Shown here one piece after another: positions 36,570-49,909 of a stretch of DNA of 64,000 nt. Made by a program: the position numbers and the translations under genes. The notes under the pieces were generated by a model. That model saw only the letters and a list, made by a program, of their open reading frames with translations. It had not been told where the DNA came from and searched no databases. The number at the start of each line of letters is the position of its first letter. Position 1 is the stretch's first letter. The stretch is taken from contig MU626374.1 in assembly GCA_025603075.1 (NCBI GenBank), positions 2,371 through 66,370 on the forward strand. Reading direction: 5' to 3'. This DNA comes from Neoconidiobolus thromboides FSU 785 (taxonomy: Eukaryota > Fungi > Entomophthoromycota).

Positions 36570-37330
36570 GAATATTTCTAACTGCCTTCGAGGCCAATAG
36601 ATTTTCGATGTAATGGTTCAAAACACTTAGTTCCTTTTCTTTGTTTGTAAAACTCTCTTTAACCTGCCTTAAATCATTTAGCTTCCCTATTTAATTTTAA
36701 TTTAATTTCTACTGTATTTTACTATTATTAAATTACTTCTTAATACTTCTTGATTAGCTGTTATCTTCCTACATTATTGTCAACAATTTAATTTAAGCTT
36801 ATATTATTCTCTTACTTTATAAGTACTTCTTTTTCCTCAGATAAATTAGGTGGTATTGGAGAACCGTTTAATGGTGAAAAAAAGCTTGAGTTAAAACCAT
36901 CCATTAATTTGCCTTGCTCCCTACAGGAATCACAAATAAACTGTAAATATGTTCACTTTAATTAAATGAAGCTAATTTACCTCCAAAACGGCTGGTATAA
37001 ACTTGAAGTGCTCTGTAACTCCTCTTGCATAAAGTTAAGCTCACTATTAGTACTATTTCTTTTTGAGCTTCTACTTGTAAATACATCTATGTCTTCTGTA
37101 TCATCGCCAAAATTTATTAATAGTTCTTCTATGGGTTCCATGATTCTAATAATAATATAAAGTGGTTTTTGTTTAATTTTAGTCTCTTTTTTAAAAATGA
37201 AGATTTTGCATATTTTTCTAATCTGTTGAATGTGTTGTGCAAGTTAATTTAATTTTAGTCTTTGTAGATTTAGTTTACAACTTGTCATATAAGATTTCTT
37301 CTAATATTGTTTTCAATTTTCTTTTTGAAA
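36570..37330 (-). pseudogene. Degenerate reading frame of unknown origin
   Basis: One frame continues through in-frame stops: MEPIEELLINFGDDTEDIDVF...QPFWR*..FICDSCREQGKLMDG...SEEKEVLIK*; could instead be a spliced gene I cannot assemble. Confidence 0.3.
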
Positions 37331-37936
37331 TGGCATTTTAAATTTAAATGTTAAAAGTTATATGATATTAACCTGTATTAGTTTATAACTATTTATTAAA
37401 ACTACTACCTCCTTTTATCTATAACCTAACTATAATAAACCCTTTTTTCTTTTTCTATAACCCCCTAAAGCTTGACTTTTAATATACAAAATTGATATTG
37501 TTGTACAGTAGTTTTAATAAATCAATTTGTTTATTTGGGTCTTAAGGAAATACAAATTCAACTTACTATAATACATGCTTACATATTCATGTTATGTCGC
37601 TATTAAACAAAGCTTTATATTAATTGTATATTATAATGTTGAAATTACCTACGTCATTTGTGAGATAAGCTTAATTTTGATTTAAGTTATGTATAAAATA
37701 TACAAATATATAAAGTAGAATAAATTTAAATAAAATTTATTAAAATAAAAAATATGGAACAGAATAAGATCATAAAACTCCGATTATAAATCTGTAGTAA
37801 CTATAGTTTAAAAAACAAGATGATCCATCTTACTAAACACTCAATTTAACTACTAATTTATATAATAAAGGAAGACAATTTATTAATATTATTTTTAAAA
37901 AAGATTTGTTAAATTAGTTCATTTTTGACTTGTAAA

Positions 37937-39040
37937 TTATTTTGATGGTGGTAATGGCAATGGCTTAACCTTTGGAGATGGTGATAAACCAGATGAGAGG
38001 CGAGTAGGTGGTGTTGGTAAATGCCTATGTGGAATTGGTGAGGCCCTGACATCTCTTGATGCCAATGGTGGTGTACTAAGTTGAGAATGTGTGTTTGAGC
38101 TGGATGGCATATCATCTATTTTGATTTCTGGAGCTTGATTATTTGGTGAACCGCCTAAAGTTACATCATTACTTGAAGGCGACTTAACAGATCCCTTTGG
38201 GGTAGTTATTAATTTATGATCTAATTCTATTTGCTCTCTTTCTAAATAATAATTTTTATAATGCAAATATCCAACAATAAATAACAGAACAATAGATAAT
38301 CCAAATAAAGTATACGAAGTTATATTAGCTGCTCTTGCTTTAACACTTCTTTCAACCTTTAAAAGCGCCAATGTCCCATCTAAAACTGCCATAATACCAA
38401 TTTGTAATAAATTAAACGCTGTACAAGGTATCACAATAATTTGAAAAGACTCGTTAAAAACAAAGCTCATACAGCCAATAATAATTCCTAAAGCAATAGC
38501 GCATAACAATAATACTATCTCAGAAGGCACTATTTTATAAAATAAATTCATTGCTGAAAACCCACCTGCGAATCCTATCATTACTGGGCTATACTTTTTA
38601 AGACTTTTTACTGTTGTTAAAGATATGCCTGATATCAATGATATTAGTCCAGTGGTTCCTACTATACTCCAAAAAAAACTTGTCGCAAATGGTCCGGTTG
38701 ATTTAACTAAAATATAGTATCCTTGAGACCCTATAGCAAACGTTATAGCACCTAAATGGAATTAATTTACTTAGTTTGATTTTAGGTTGGTTGAATTACC
38801 AAAGAAATAAGAAGTGGAAACAAACGTAACTAAACTCCTTGCTCTTATATTAGTTATTGCAATAGTTAGTCCAAATATAGCTCCTAAACCTCCAAATACT
38901 ATATAAATGATACATGCCCAAACTAGAGTAAAAAATGATTAGAAATTGAATTGCGTATAAAGTATATCAAGCTTTTGAACTATCTTTGCTCATTTTTACT
39001 TACATCCGATATTGGTATAATAAATATCAAAGTTTGCCAT
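37937..39040 (-). CDS. Multipass membrane protein, DUF4203/TMEM198-like, with Pro/Ser-rich cytoplasmic tail (3 exons)
   Basis: ATG 39040 with two introns; hydrophobic helices incl. PVMIGFAGGFSAMNLF; tail containing RHLPTPP and KPLPLPP. Confidence 0.7.
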
Positions 39041-41346
39041 TGCTATTTTTACTTTGAAATAAACGAAAGGGTATAATAAGTATGGAATGAAGTGATAAAA
39101 AATTGATGTTGAAATTGTAATTTTAACTTGTAAAATTGATGCTATTGAATTTTATCTATTATTCCTAATTTTTTCAAATAAACATAAATTAATAGAAAAA
39201 ATAAAAAGATAAAGGTATGAATGAATTATAAATTATTAAAAAAATTAAGTATTTTTTTTCTCGTTAAAAATTACCCTCAATTGGCTAATCTTTATTTGCT
39301 CAAAATAAACGAAGTTTTTATTTAACTGTTCGAGAAACCTTGCCAATAAGTTAAATTAATTAAGGTTTTCGAAGTTACGCAAGTACTTTATGCAACCAAA
39401 TAGAGCTTTTATTAAAAACAAATAGTAATACCAACATTAAAACTCTATTAAAGTGTTTTATTATTATCAGTAAATGGGAATATAGTTATTTATTCTAGCC
39501 TGCCACCTTTGATTTCTATTTTTAAATCAAAAATTGTATATAATTCTATTTTTAGATTCAAATGAAGCACAATAAGATAACTTTCTCATTGAAATTGAAT
39601 ATTATTGAAAACTTCCTACTTTTTTGAGATGGTTAAAATTACTAAAACATAAAAATGGGTTAGTACTTTGTTATGATATTAAATTTCATTGCCTTTTCTT
39701 TCAAAAATGACATAATAAATTCCAAATTAATGAGGTATTCGACTTTTATATTAAAATAGCAAAAACATAATTTAAAAAATGAGGATTTAACGTAAAACTT
39801 TAAAATATTAAAATAAAGCCACCTTTTGTTATATAATAAGTCATTGTTAAAATAATAAAATGAAGTTAATAACCAGTAAATAATATGATTTTTTAAATAT
39901 CATCAACAAATAATTTATTTTTTTGCTTTAATTTTACTTTAACTGTTTTTTAACTGTAACTTGGGATAATTCCAAGTCATTAAATCATATGGGAAGATCT
40001 ATCCAATGAGAGTGGATCATTAGATTTTAAAAAGTCATCCTTTTATAGTGTTCGTTTTGGAAGGAATTGAATTATATATTTTTTTTATCATACAGCATTT
40101 TCTATAAGCACAACTGTTGCAGCTCTTTTATGAACTAGCTAGAGGTAGTTTGTATAATAAAACTGTTTTTTAAAGATTTAATCGATGGCTAATGCGAATA
40201 TCGATGAATTTTGGTATATATTTTAAAGTAAAATGAACAGTCGACTATTTACAGAAGAACTGCAATAACCAAAAACAACGCTTATAAAAAATAACATGTG
40301 TGTATGATATAAGTTAAGTTTATACCAAAAGATCTTGTCAAACAAAAATGCATCTTAACAAATAAAAAGATCTGCAGTTAAATATTGAGCAAAGATTCAT
40401 CTAATCCTATTTTGCAACTGCATTGCGACTTAATTACTGACTTATTTGAGAGTAAAACTTTTATAAATCACGTTGAATTGTACATTAAACTTTTGGAAAC
40501 TAAATCGACAAATATTTGACCTTGAAATTATTGCAATTTTGATCGCACTTTGTTGCAAAACTGTAATAAAAATGATACCTCTCTTTGATATTTAGCTATA
40601 AATCTTTTTATTTACTAAAGATGTATTTTTACTTGACAAGGCCTTTTGGCATAAACTTGACTCAAAAATGAAAACAATTTTTTCAGAATTTAAATCAATT
40701 AAAAATGATCAAAATATTGGAACAAGAAAGGTATTTATATTGTAAATATATTTAGTAGTTATTTTTTGTTTAGTTTATAATAACAAAACCAATTCATTTT
40801 TAAACATAGGTTATCTTTATATCTTGTTTTACTTATATATAAAACTTTGGAGTTTGTATCTTCATATACTAATAATTAAATATAGACATGGTAACTTTAT
40901 ATTGTACTATTAATCTAACTTAAACTTAGATTAAAGCTTAGAACTTTGTATTTTCTGTGTATAAAATTAGAAAGGGCTGTCATAATTATATTCAGCTAAT
41001 TCAAAAATAAAGATACTTAATCCTTATTTAACCCCTTGGATACTAGATGTTCATTTTTTATTGTTTGGGTGGACCGTGATGTCAAATTTATTTTATTGGT
41101 TATATTAGCATATTTTTGAAATTTAGTACCTAAAGGGTTAGTTTAATTTGAATCTGTAAGCAATATTTCATCATTTTATTTTGATTTAAAACCATATGCG
41201 ACCAATGTTCATAATTGAATTTTGAGTAGTAAAAATTTAACGAGCAATATTCGTCCACGGTACTCAAGTGGTTAAAGGATTTAAATAGAGATACGAAACT
41301 GATAGTAATAACTAAAATAGACAATAATAAAGCTGTAAATATTTTT

Positions 41347-43245
41347 TATTAATGATAAGAATTTATTAGTTGTTTTGAATCTTTAGCAACTTCTTCCTAA
41401 ACCTTGTATAGATTGGAAGCAGTTTCTGTATTGTAAGTTTTATGATTTTTAGCTGGATTCCAGGCAAATTCTAAAGGACGAAGCTCCCTAAATCTAGAAG
41501 AGTAAAATTTTCTAACAGTGAAATGAAGATTGCCCCTGGTTGGAAGTGGTTGTAGAGCAGCAGGGTCTTTATTTAATCCGGGATATTCTAAGTTATCTAA
41601 AAGACTGTTAAGATAATAAATGGTACCATCAACAAGGGAACCAATAATAGCATCTTTGTTTTAGAAATCACCAAAAGCATAGCTCTTAACATTGCAGAAT
41701 CCCTGCATATCGTCATTTAATAAAGTACAGGTAGAATAGCAGATAGAGTTGGAAAATAAAGTAATGTTTTCTGTTTTAAGTGGTTATTTGTTATTAACTA
41801 ATAATGGTTTTAGTGGCTTGACGCCACATTTTTTTTTGGAATTGAGGTGTATTTGACTTTTTCTGTTAGTATCACGATAATAGATCTTAATTTTAGCAAA
41901 GGCATTTTGTGAAGCAAATGGTTTTCCGTCAAGTTGATTATAGTCAATTGGATTTAGAAAAATACATTAGTATCATCTAGGGTAAGCTTAACAAGTAAAG
42001 GAGACCAGCGGATGTCAGTATTAAAAAACTAATAGAAGGATTTGGAAAGAAATAATATAGCACATTATAACACCAAAAAATGGTGCCACCACCATTATTA
42101 CTTACATCTAGTATTAGTTCTTCGGCTTATTGGCTTTTAAGTGCCTTTAAATTATTAATAATTTCATTATACTAATCAGATCCTTGTTCAACTGAAAAGG
42201 TAGAAATGTGAACAACATCTACATTATCGGTCAAAATGTAAGTTTTTACATAAGTACCATAGAGAATTACAATTAAAAGCAGGTCAATCGATCTAGAGTC
42301 TTTAAATTCAACTAAAGTTTTAATTGAGATTTCCTTAACTTCTGGTACTTTTAATGGTTGAAACTTATTGTTACCTCCTCCAAGATTTATTCCTATGAGA
42401 TCATCAAGATCAGTTGTTTCACAATTATTGTCATAAAAAGATTTGAAATTAGCAAAGGTTTTTTTTAATTTGGAGTAGCAATATAAGTTATAACTACTTC
42501 TTTCTCATTATTACCAACATGAGTCCTAAATTTTAGAGTTTCTTTAACTAGCAGAATAGGAGTGAATTCAAAGCTACCATAGGTAACACCATGTTGATTA
42601 TTACTTTGAATAGAATGTGGAGGAGTATGTTTCATATAAGAGTTAACATCTCTTGAACTACCAACATAATGCTTAGTATATTTTTTGGCAAATTCAAGTG
42701 GTTATTTGTCATCTGTAAATAATATTTCAGCAGCTTCCCAAGTATCAAGGAGCGTTTGTTCATATTTTAAATCTCGAGAGATCTTGACTTTCATTTGTGC
42801 CAATTTACCCTCTTCTGTGTATAATGTAAAGAGTTATCTGAAAGTAAAACTAGAGAAACAATCAGAAGTAGATATAATATGATCATCCTTTAAATTGTTA
42901 AAGAATTTAATAATAGCAACTTTGAAATCATATTTAGCATCGTGTTTTTTATACAATATCTTTTTCAATACAGAATTGATATCAGTATTACTAAGCACTT
43001 TGGGATCAGGGGATATTTTAGCTATATTAATAGAAGTATATAGGGGAAAGATCTCTTTTAAAATATTTGAAATATAATTACGCACTTTATCAGTTAGTTC
43101 AAAGTTACTATAACAGAGAAGGACATCTTTATAACCAGTTATTGACTTGTTAACTACTTTGCCACAGTGATTAGCAATTTTAGTATTGCTTTGACCAATT
43201 GCTAAAGTAAAGAAGAAAGCTGTCAGTAGGGTAAAACTAAATCAT
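41347..43245 (-). pseudogene. Pseudogene of a secreted S41-family (tail-specific/CPAF-like) serine peptidase
   Basis: Signal peptide FTLLTAFFFTLAIG, YKDVLLCYSNF, FFNNLKDDH..SDCFSSFTFR*, LILDVSNNGGG, SNSICYSTC (catalytic Ser motif), LPTRGNLHFTVRKFYS..LEF; multiple stops and frameshifts. Confidence 0.75.
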
Positions 43246-43522
43246 GTAGTATTAGATGAAGGGTTATTTTCTATCTGGATTGGTGACTTTTTGACTGTGT
43301 TTTAGCTTCTTTATATACTTATTTTACAAAAAGTTTGCCTACATCATTAATACATGATGGTTATTTTTATTTTTATTGTTTTCAAAGAAATAACTTTTAG
43401 TAATAATTTCTACTATGGCTATATTGATCTTCGTTCTACTATTCAATTTTTTTAGTATGCTTTTCATAAAGCATATATGTTTATCTTTGGCTCTGCAAAA
43501 CCTTTACTATAAAACACTATTT

Positions 43523-43621
43523 GACTATATTTTTTTGATTTCACCTCTTTTTCCATTTCTTAAAGGCTGTTTGAGTGGAAGAGTTGTTGATAAAATTCTT
43601 AGACACAAAAAATACATTCCC
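43523..43621 (-). mobile_element. ~98-bp MITE copy (left end degenerate)
   Basis: attt|GACTATATTTTTTTG...AAAAAATACATTCCC|attt; TSD ATTT. Confidence 0.75.
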
Positions 43622-44477
43622 ATTTATTACAATTTTGTTCATGTATTTGGTGTTTATTTTATATATCATTATGTTGATGTTTGATAATATAATTAGTGAT
43701 GTAAAGGCATTAGTAAATATTTGGAAAAAAGGTAATGTACAGTAAATTTCTTGTAATAATATACTAGTGACTAGCAATATTAGATTAAATTTAAAATCAT
43801 AAAGTTTGTATAATATCTGGGAAAATTATATTTATTTTGAGATTGCTATTTCTTTTAATTTAAATTCATTCATTCAAATTTTAGTATGATTGATTTTTAG
43901 TTCGCATGAAAAATTAGGTGACTATGCTACTTAAATTGATTTATGAACTATTCCTAGGTTAGTATGAATATCCATTTGATATAAATTATTAAAGAAAACA
44001 GACAATAGTTTTGTGTTAATGCTAAAAATCAAGCTTTAAGCAGATTGCTATTTTTTTACTATTGAAATTTATATGAAAGAAATAGTTGAATCCCTGATTA
44101 TAAATTTTGGAGCAAACATCAATCCTTACTTTAGTTTTGGTTGATTTAAGAATCAATAAAGGACAGAAAAAGCTATTATGTATTCAAAAGTCAGTCCAAT
44201 TAAATACTAATAGTACTTATTCAATAAATGTATCATAATAATATAATATAGTTTTATATTCTTAAAGGATCTAGAGTATAATCCATATTTTTATAATGAA
44301 ATAGAAACAAGGTTAAATTTTAAATCATTTTAATATAAAGTTTTTAGTTTCTAGCTTTTAGTTTTTTTAATCAACATTAGTTTTAAAGATTTATAATTTT
44401 ATTTAATTTAAGTATTAAAATCGACTTAGTCTCAGAGTATGAAAATATTATATAGGATGGTTTTTATGACATAATAT

Positions 44478-44576
44478 GGAGATGTGTTTTTGTGTTCAAG
44501 AATCTTACTAATAATTTTTCCAATCAAATAGCGCTTAAAAAGTGGAAAAAGTAATGAAGTAAAAAAAAACGCCCCC
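44478..44576 (+). mobile_element. ~98-bp MITE copy
   Basis: atat|GGAGATGTGTTTTT...AAAACGCCCCC|atat; TSD ATAT. Confidence 0.88.
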
Positions 44577-44647
44577 ATATACTAACTAATCTATTACCTT
44601 ATAATAGTACTATTGGACAATTTTCTTACCATATTTATTATAAATTT

Positions 44648-44745
44648 GGGAGTGTTTTTTCGACTTCATTATTTTTTCCATTTTTTAAGCGCTATTTGAG
44701 CGGAAAGTTTGTTAATAAAATTCTCAAATACAAAGATACATCCCC
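44648..44745 (-). mobile_element. ~98-bp MITE copy
   Basis: attt|GGGAGTGTTTTTT...GATACATCCCC|attt; TSD ATTT. Confidence 0.88.
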
Positions 44746-45116
44746 ATTTATTAGTTAGTTTTTATAATTAACTTGTTAGGCCACAAATACATATAGATAT
44801 CTTAAATAAAAAGCTACATTTAATTAGCAGTATTAAATATTTCCAGCTAATTAAATTATGTTGCTAAAATTCCTAAATTCCACTAATTAAATACTAATAG
44901 CTATGATAAATACATTCAGCTTTTTTGTTTTGATAAGTTGATCACAATCATGCTTTTCAAAAACTAATGTCACTTTAAAAGTTAATTATAATTTTCTTTT
45001 TGATATGTGCTGTTGAGTTTTATTATAGATTTTTCAAATTTAAATAAATTACTCTTGATTTTTGAACTGTTTTTGGTTTAAATGAGTAATTATATATATT
45101 ATTAAAAGTATGATAT

Positions 45117-45214
45117 GGGGGTGTTTTTTTGGTTTCATTACTTTCTCTATCTTTCAAGCACCATTTGAGGGGGGAAATTGTTAATAAGATTTTTAAACAC
45201 AAAAATACATCCCC
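45117..45214 (-). mobile_element. ~98-bp MITE copy
   Basis: atat|GGGGGTGTTTTTTT...AAAAATACATCCCC|aaat. Confidence 0.85.
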
Positions 45215-47019
45215 AAATCTTGAATTTAGACAAATAAAATGCAAATATAGATTTTTAATTGTAAACTGTTTAAAAAGGCAAGAAGCGTATTTTGATGTAA
45301 CCAATATAAAAAAACCGAAACAGTACTAAATTTAATGACTATTGTAAAATTACGGATTTTTTGAACTTACATAGATCTGGTATAATAGTAAAAATAAAAC
45401 TTATAGATGAGTGGATATTACAAATAAACATTGGCTAGGTTTACCTAGAGATTGAGATTTTTATATTTATTAATTCATATTACTTTTAAATATCACTTTT
45501 ATAACTTGAAATATCGGATTTATCTTCTCCCAACCTTCATTCAAGAAGTTTATATTCAAGTTTTATTATTATTGCAATTTAATACCTGGATTAATGATTA
45601 ATAGTTCCGTTACTATTTTCAAGTCGACCACTCTATAATAAGGAATTTCACTATAGCAAAGATAAATTATTGAAAACGGGTACTGAAGGGTCATGAAATC
45701 AAATTGTGCGATATTAATTCGAAAATTGTTATAAGCTTATTGATATGTTTAGTGACATTCTTCTTTATTTGTTAATTTCATTGAATAAAATTAGAAATTA
45801 ACTTTAGATAAACAATTTAGTCTCTAATTATTTGACACATAAAACATGCTATAATAGTTATAAATATAACATAAAAAGGAGGCTGGATATATTTTTCTGA
45901 AACTGAAAGTATAAAAGTATATTAAAATGCAAAACCACATGATTTAAGTGAGTCGTCTAATTAATAATTGAGATTCCCTATGATATTAGTATCCAACTAA
46001 GCCTAGAACTTAGTTAAATAAGTACTATATTTTTATTTTTATAGATTTAGATTAATTTCGTACTTTAATATTTGTGATAACAATTATTCTGAGAATGAGG
46101 TAATTTTAGTAGGACATTGTTAATTTTTTAGAGGGCTTAATACAAAACTTTAGTGATTTGTTAGCCAAAGTAAAAGCTGTTTAAACAAAAACAGTAATAA
46201 TGTTAATATAGCTTAGAAGATTAAAATAAACCACTATAGTCTATATAGTTTAAGAACTGTTTTATTTCTAAGTTGTGTTTTATTATAAGAATTCCACCTA
46301 TAGCTTACATCAGGACTTTTCTACTTAGCAATAACAGAAAATCTACTGTTTTTAGCCTCGCCGCTATCTTAATTTTATTTCTACATTAGTATATTACTAA
46401 AATAATGACTGGTATTCCTTTTTTACACTATACTATCCGTCTTATAATAAAATAAAGATTTAAAGGAACAATAGGATTTATTATAAGAAAATAATAAAGA
46501 GTGATGAATTTAAACTGGGATGCTTTATACCAATATAGTAAAATGTATTTTTGAGAATTGATTTCTACTTATAGAGGTAATTATCATTGTATAGAAAAAA
46601 GATTGAGTATCCTATTAATCATATCCTTTCTAGCATATAGTTTTTATTTTAGACAAAATATTTAACATTTCAATACATTACTTTATAATAAGAAGACTAA
46701 TGGTGCGAATATTAATAAAAACATATTGGCGTTATCTAAATTGTATTACTGTGTATATTAAATAATATAAAAAAGCTAAATAAATATTACTTATTTTTAA
46801 ATTTGTTATTGTAAAAATAAACCATGCAATTTAAAAAATCTGGTTTAAAATTAGTGAGTTGGATAAAAGTTATTTTGGATTTTCGGAATTCAGTGAATTG
46901 AAAAATTCTTGGATTTTTTCTTTAAGAATAAATTCGCTAATTCTTAGAAATACAGGACTATATATACTTTCAATAAGAAACAACTTATCGTGTTATATTA
47001 TCAAAAATAATTCAAATTG

Positions 47020-47775
47020 ATGAGTACTTCAACTAAGCTAAAGTCTAAGAAAAACTGTGTTCAAGCTTGTGATGGATGTAAAGTGAAAAAGAGAAAATGC
47101 GTAAAGGGACAGGATGCAATATGTGAAAACTGCAAAAGGCTAGGCAGCGTATGCACTTATTTAATAAAAAACAATAAACGGGGAAATTCAGAAAATTATA
47201 AAAAGAAGTCAGCTTCTACCCCAATAATAGAAGGATCTATGGCAAACTATCCAATGAGCTCTGGCGACCGCTTTTCTGCCAATACAAGCCCTGGAACTCA
47301 ATTTACTTATGCTTCTACTTCTTATACAAATGTACCATCATCTTATCGCAATCGAAGCCCATTATGTTTGGAGGTAAATTCACTGGATTCAAACCTATCG
47401 AACGGTACTTTCTTTGACTATGATATGGAGTTAAATGAGTATGTAATTAAAGGATGTGAGCTAGAAGATTTATTCAACTTAAGCGAAAATTTCCATAAAA
47501 TACCAAATATCAATTTGATTTCAGTGATATCTGAGCAGCAAATTAGAGATCTAAGGTTTATACCTTTAACTAATTCGATCTTGTTATTATTGTACTCTTT
47601 AGCTTCAATCACACAGTATTACAGTGATCCTTTAGATATGAAGAAAGTTTCAATTTTGTATAATAAGGGTCTTAAGCTATTGCCAGATTGCTCCAATATT
47701 CCTGAAATTGAAACGCCAGTAGTAAACACAGCTGTCTTCATTTTAAATTGCTTATACTGTAACCTAAATATGTAA
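47020..47775 (+). CDS. Zn(II)2Cys6 binuclear cluster transcription factor
   Basis: ACDGCKVKKRKCVKGQDAICENCKRLGSVCTY; a further 3-prime exon cannot be excluded. Confidence 0.88.
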   Translation: MSTSTKLKSKKNCVQACDGCKVKKRKCVKGQDAICENCKRLGSVCTYLIKNNKRGNSENYKKKSASTPIIEGSMANYPMSSGDRFSANTSPGTQFTYASTSYTNVPSSYRNRSPLCLEVNSLDSNLSNGTFFDYDMELNEYVIKGCELEDLFNLSENFHKIPNINLISVISEQQIRDLRFIPLTNSILLLLYSLASITQYYSDPLDMKKVSILYNKGLKLLPDCSNIPEIETPVVNTAVFILNCLYCNLNM

Positions 47776-49075
47776 TTACTTTATTCTTTTGTGCCTTATC
47801 TTTTTATTATAAATTAAATAATTTTTTACCTCTTATAGTTCTTATATTATTTTAGAACATAAAATGACATTGGAATTTATAGTTTAGAATTGTTATTCAT
47901 ACTAGTTTAGTATATCATAAAATCCGAGTTTTATTTAAAATATTATTAATATAAATTTTGACATAAATTCTGCTATTAAAACATAATCTTTTTCATTTCA
48001 TATGATGAATTTAAAATAAAATAAGACGATGATAGTCATTAGTATACAAAAGAAACGTAAATAAAAAATATTGACTAAAATTAAAGACAATCAATTATTT
48101 GGACTTAAACTAGAGTTTTATTCTAACAAAATATGAATATAAACTTTTATCCTGTTGAAGGCCACTCTCTGATAGTACAGAAAATAATCATGATTATTTT
48201 GTAGTTCTTAAATTTGGATTTATGACAACAATTTGAAATCCATGCTTTTACGGTAATAGATAACTTATCCTTTTCCCTTTACATAAAAAATGTAAAGACT
48301 CATTGTTAACATTCTAGGTTAAAATATAGTTCGAAAAATAATACAAATGGCCCTGGATAGCATTATGGGCTTATTTAAATGTGCAAAAATCTCTAAAAGG
48401 TAAAGCTATTTCCTAAAATTACAATAAGCTATGAAAGTATTGAACTCCTTTACTCCTTTTGTTTTATATCGCCCCTTTTGCTATACCTTTCATTTTTTGG
48501 TTTAACTGTTTACGTTAATAAAGCGCCAATGGACTTATATACATGAGTTTTTTAATTATGCAAAATAGCAGTAGTCCATATTTATAGTAAAATTACAATT
48601 TCGAGTTGAATCTTTAATAAACGAGCTGTTGGTACTTTCTTACACTCAAATAAAGTGTGTCCTAGTTTCAAAGTTATTTCGTGCCGATTTAATTAATTAC
48701 AATTAATAATACTTAAATAACTTATATTAAATAATAAGAATATACAAAGATAAACATGGATATTATAGGTTATTAAGCTAATAAAGTAAATTTTTACAGT
48801 AATAACAAATTAATTACAAGTGCAATTTAAGTAATCACAATAGCAGAAGACAAACCTATAGATCTCATTTAATTGGTGGAAACGTAAAAGTAATATAATG
48901 CTTACTAAAATTAGACAATGAGAGCTTGAAAAAGTTCTTGAAATTATACATTTAATAAATTATATATTAAATTGAAAGTCATTATAGAGAAAATAAGAAT
49001 TTTTAAAACTTTTACTTTTTTTAACTTTGATAGTTCACTATTTAATTTAATAATACAATAATATAATATACTACA

Positions 49076-49909
49076 ATGTTATCTGTGGACCAACTTTTAA
49101 ATCATGTATCTAGTAATAGTTTTTATAAGAAGCTTAGTTAATAATCAACTAACTGAAGTTTAGGTTATATAAATTACGTCCTTATAGGATTTGGCATAAT
49201 CTTAGTAGCCTTTGGTATTGCGTTTTTAGTAGTCAATCGTCGTCTCATTAAGTTCCTTTACTTTGTATCTGGTGTTCAAATCTTTGGTAATTACTATAAG
49301 TTAATACTATAAACATCGAATTAATATCTTTCATTAACAATAGCAAGTTTGTCCTTTTTAATTGGTTCAACTATAATATACTCCAGCAACATCAAAGACC
49401 CCAATAATTATACTCCACTTTATATACTATTTGGTACATCTGCAGGTTTAGGATTAGTTGGTGGTATTTTGGGTGCTTACTTTACAAGGTTTGGCTCAGT
49501 TTTAGTAGGTTTAGCAGGTGGTTTAAATCTATGGCAACTAGTAGCCGGATTTATTAAGAACCCTACGCTTAACTTAGTATTTTCAATTTTATTAGCTATT
49601 GTAGGTGGTATCTTATGTGGCTTCTTCAAAAACCCAATTGAAGTTGTACTTGCTGCATTTACAGGATCTCATTTGTTTACTAAAGGGCTCTTTCTTATCA
49701 CCCAAGGTGCTATGGTATTATCCGCTTTACCTAACCCTAAATTAGTCAAGTATTTGTATTTTGCTATGATCGGAGAGGTTTGCTTAAAAGCTTTGGTATT
49801 TATTATCAATGCTGCTATCCATCTTATGAGATACTTTAGTGAAAATGGAGAAGCTGTAGATCAAGAAACACCCGAAAGTCAACCAATGTTAGAGCGTGAT
49901 CAGGAGTGA
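49076..49909 (+). CDS. Multipass membrane protein, DUF4203/TMEM198-like, paralog 2 (3 exons)
   Basis: Spliced MLSVDQLLNHVSS/YINYVLIGFGIILVAFGIAFLVVNRRLIKFLYFVSG; collinear with 5984..6727 (F.RFG..+.GL..G...W; F+KN...NL; CG.FK.P+E+++A.FTG). Confidence 0.8.

Noticed and set aside
40180-41130. Apparent pogo-like motif (NI*P*NYCNFDRT) in degraded DNA
   Set aside because: Another frame reads as a decayed spliced host-like gene (MANANIDEFW...FWHKLDSK); neither reading is supportable without a search
49108-49170. Possible GC-AG or U12-type intron in the DUF4203-like paralog 2
   Set aside because: A standard phase-1 GT-AG intron (gtaatag...ctaac...tttag) restores the frame; no GTATCCTT/ATATCCTT donors seen in the introns I assembled
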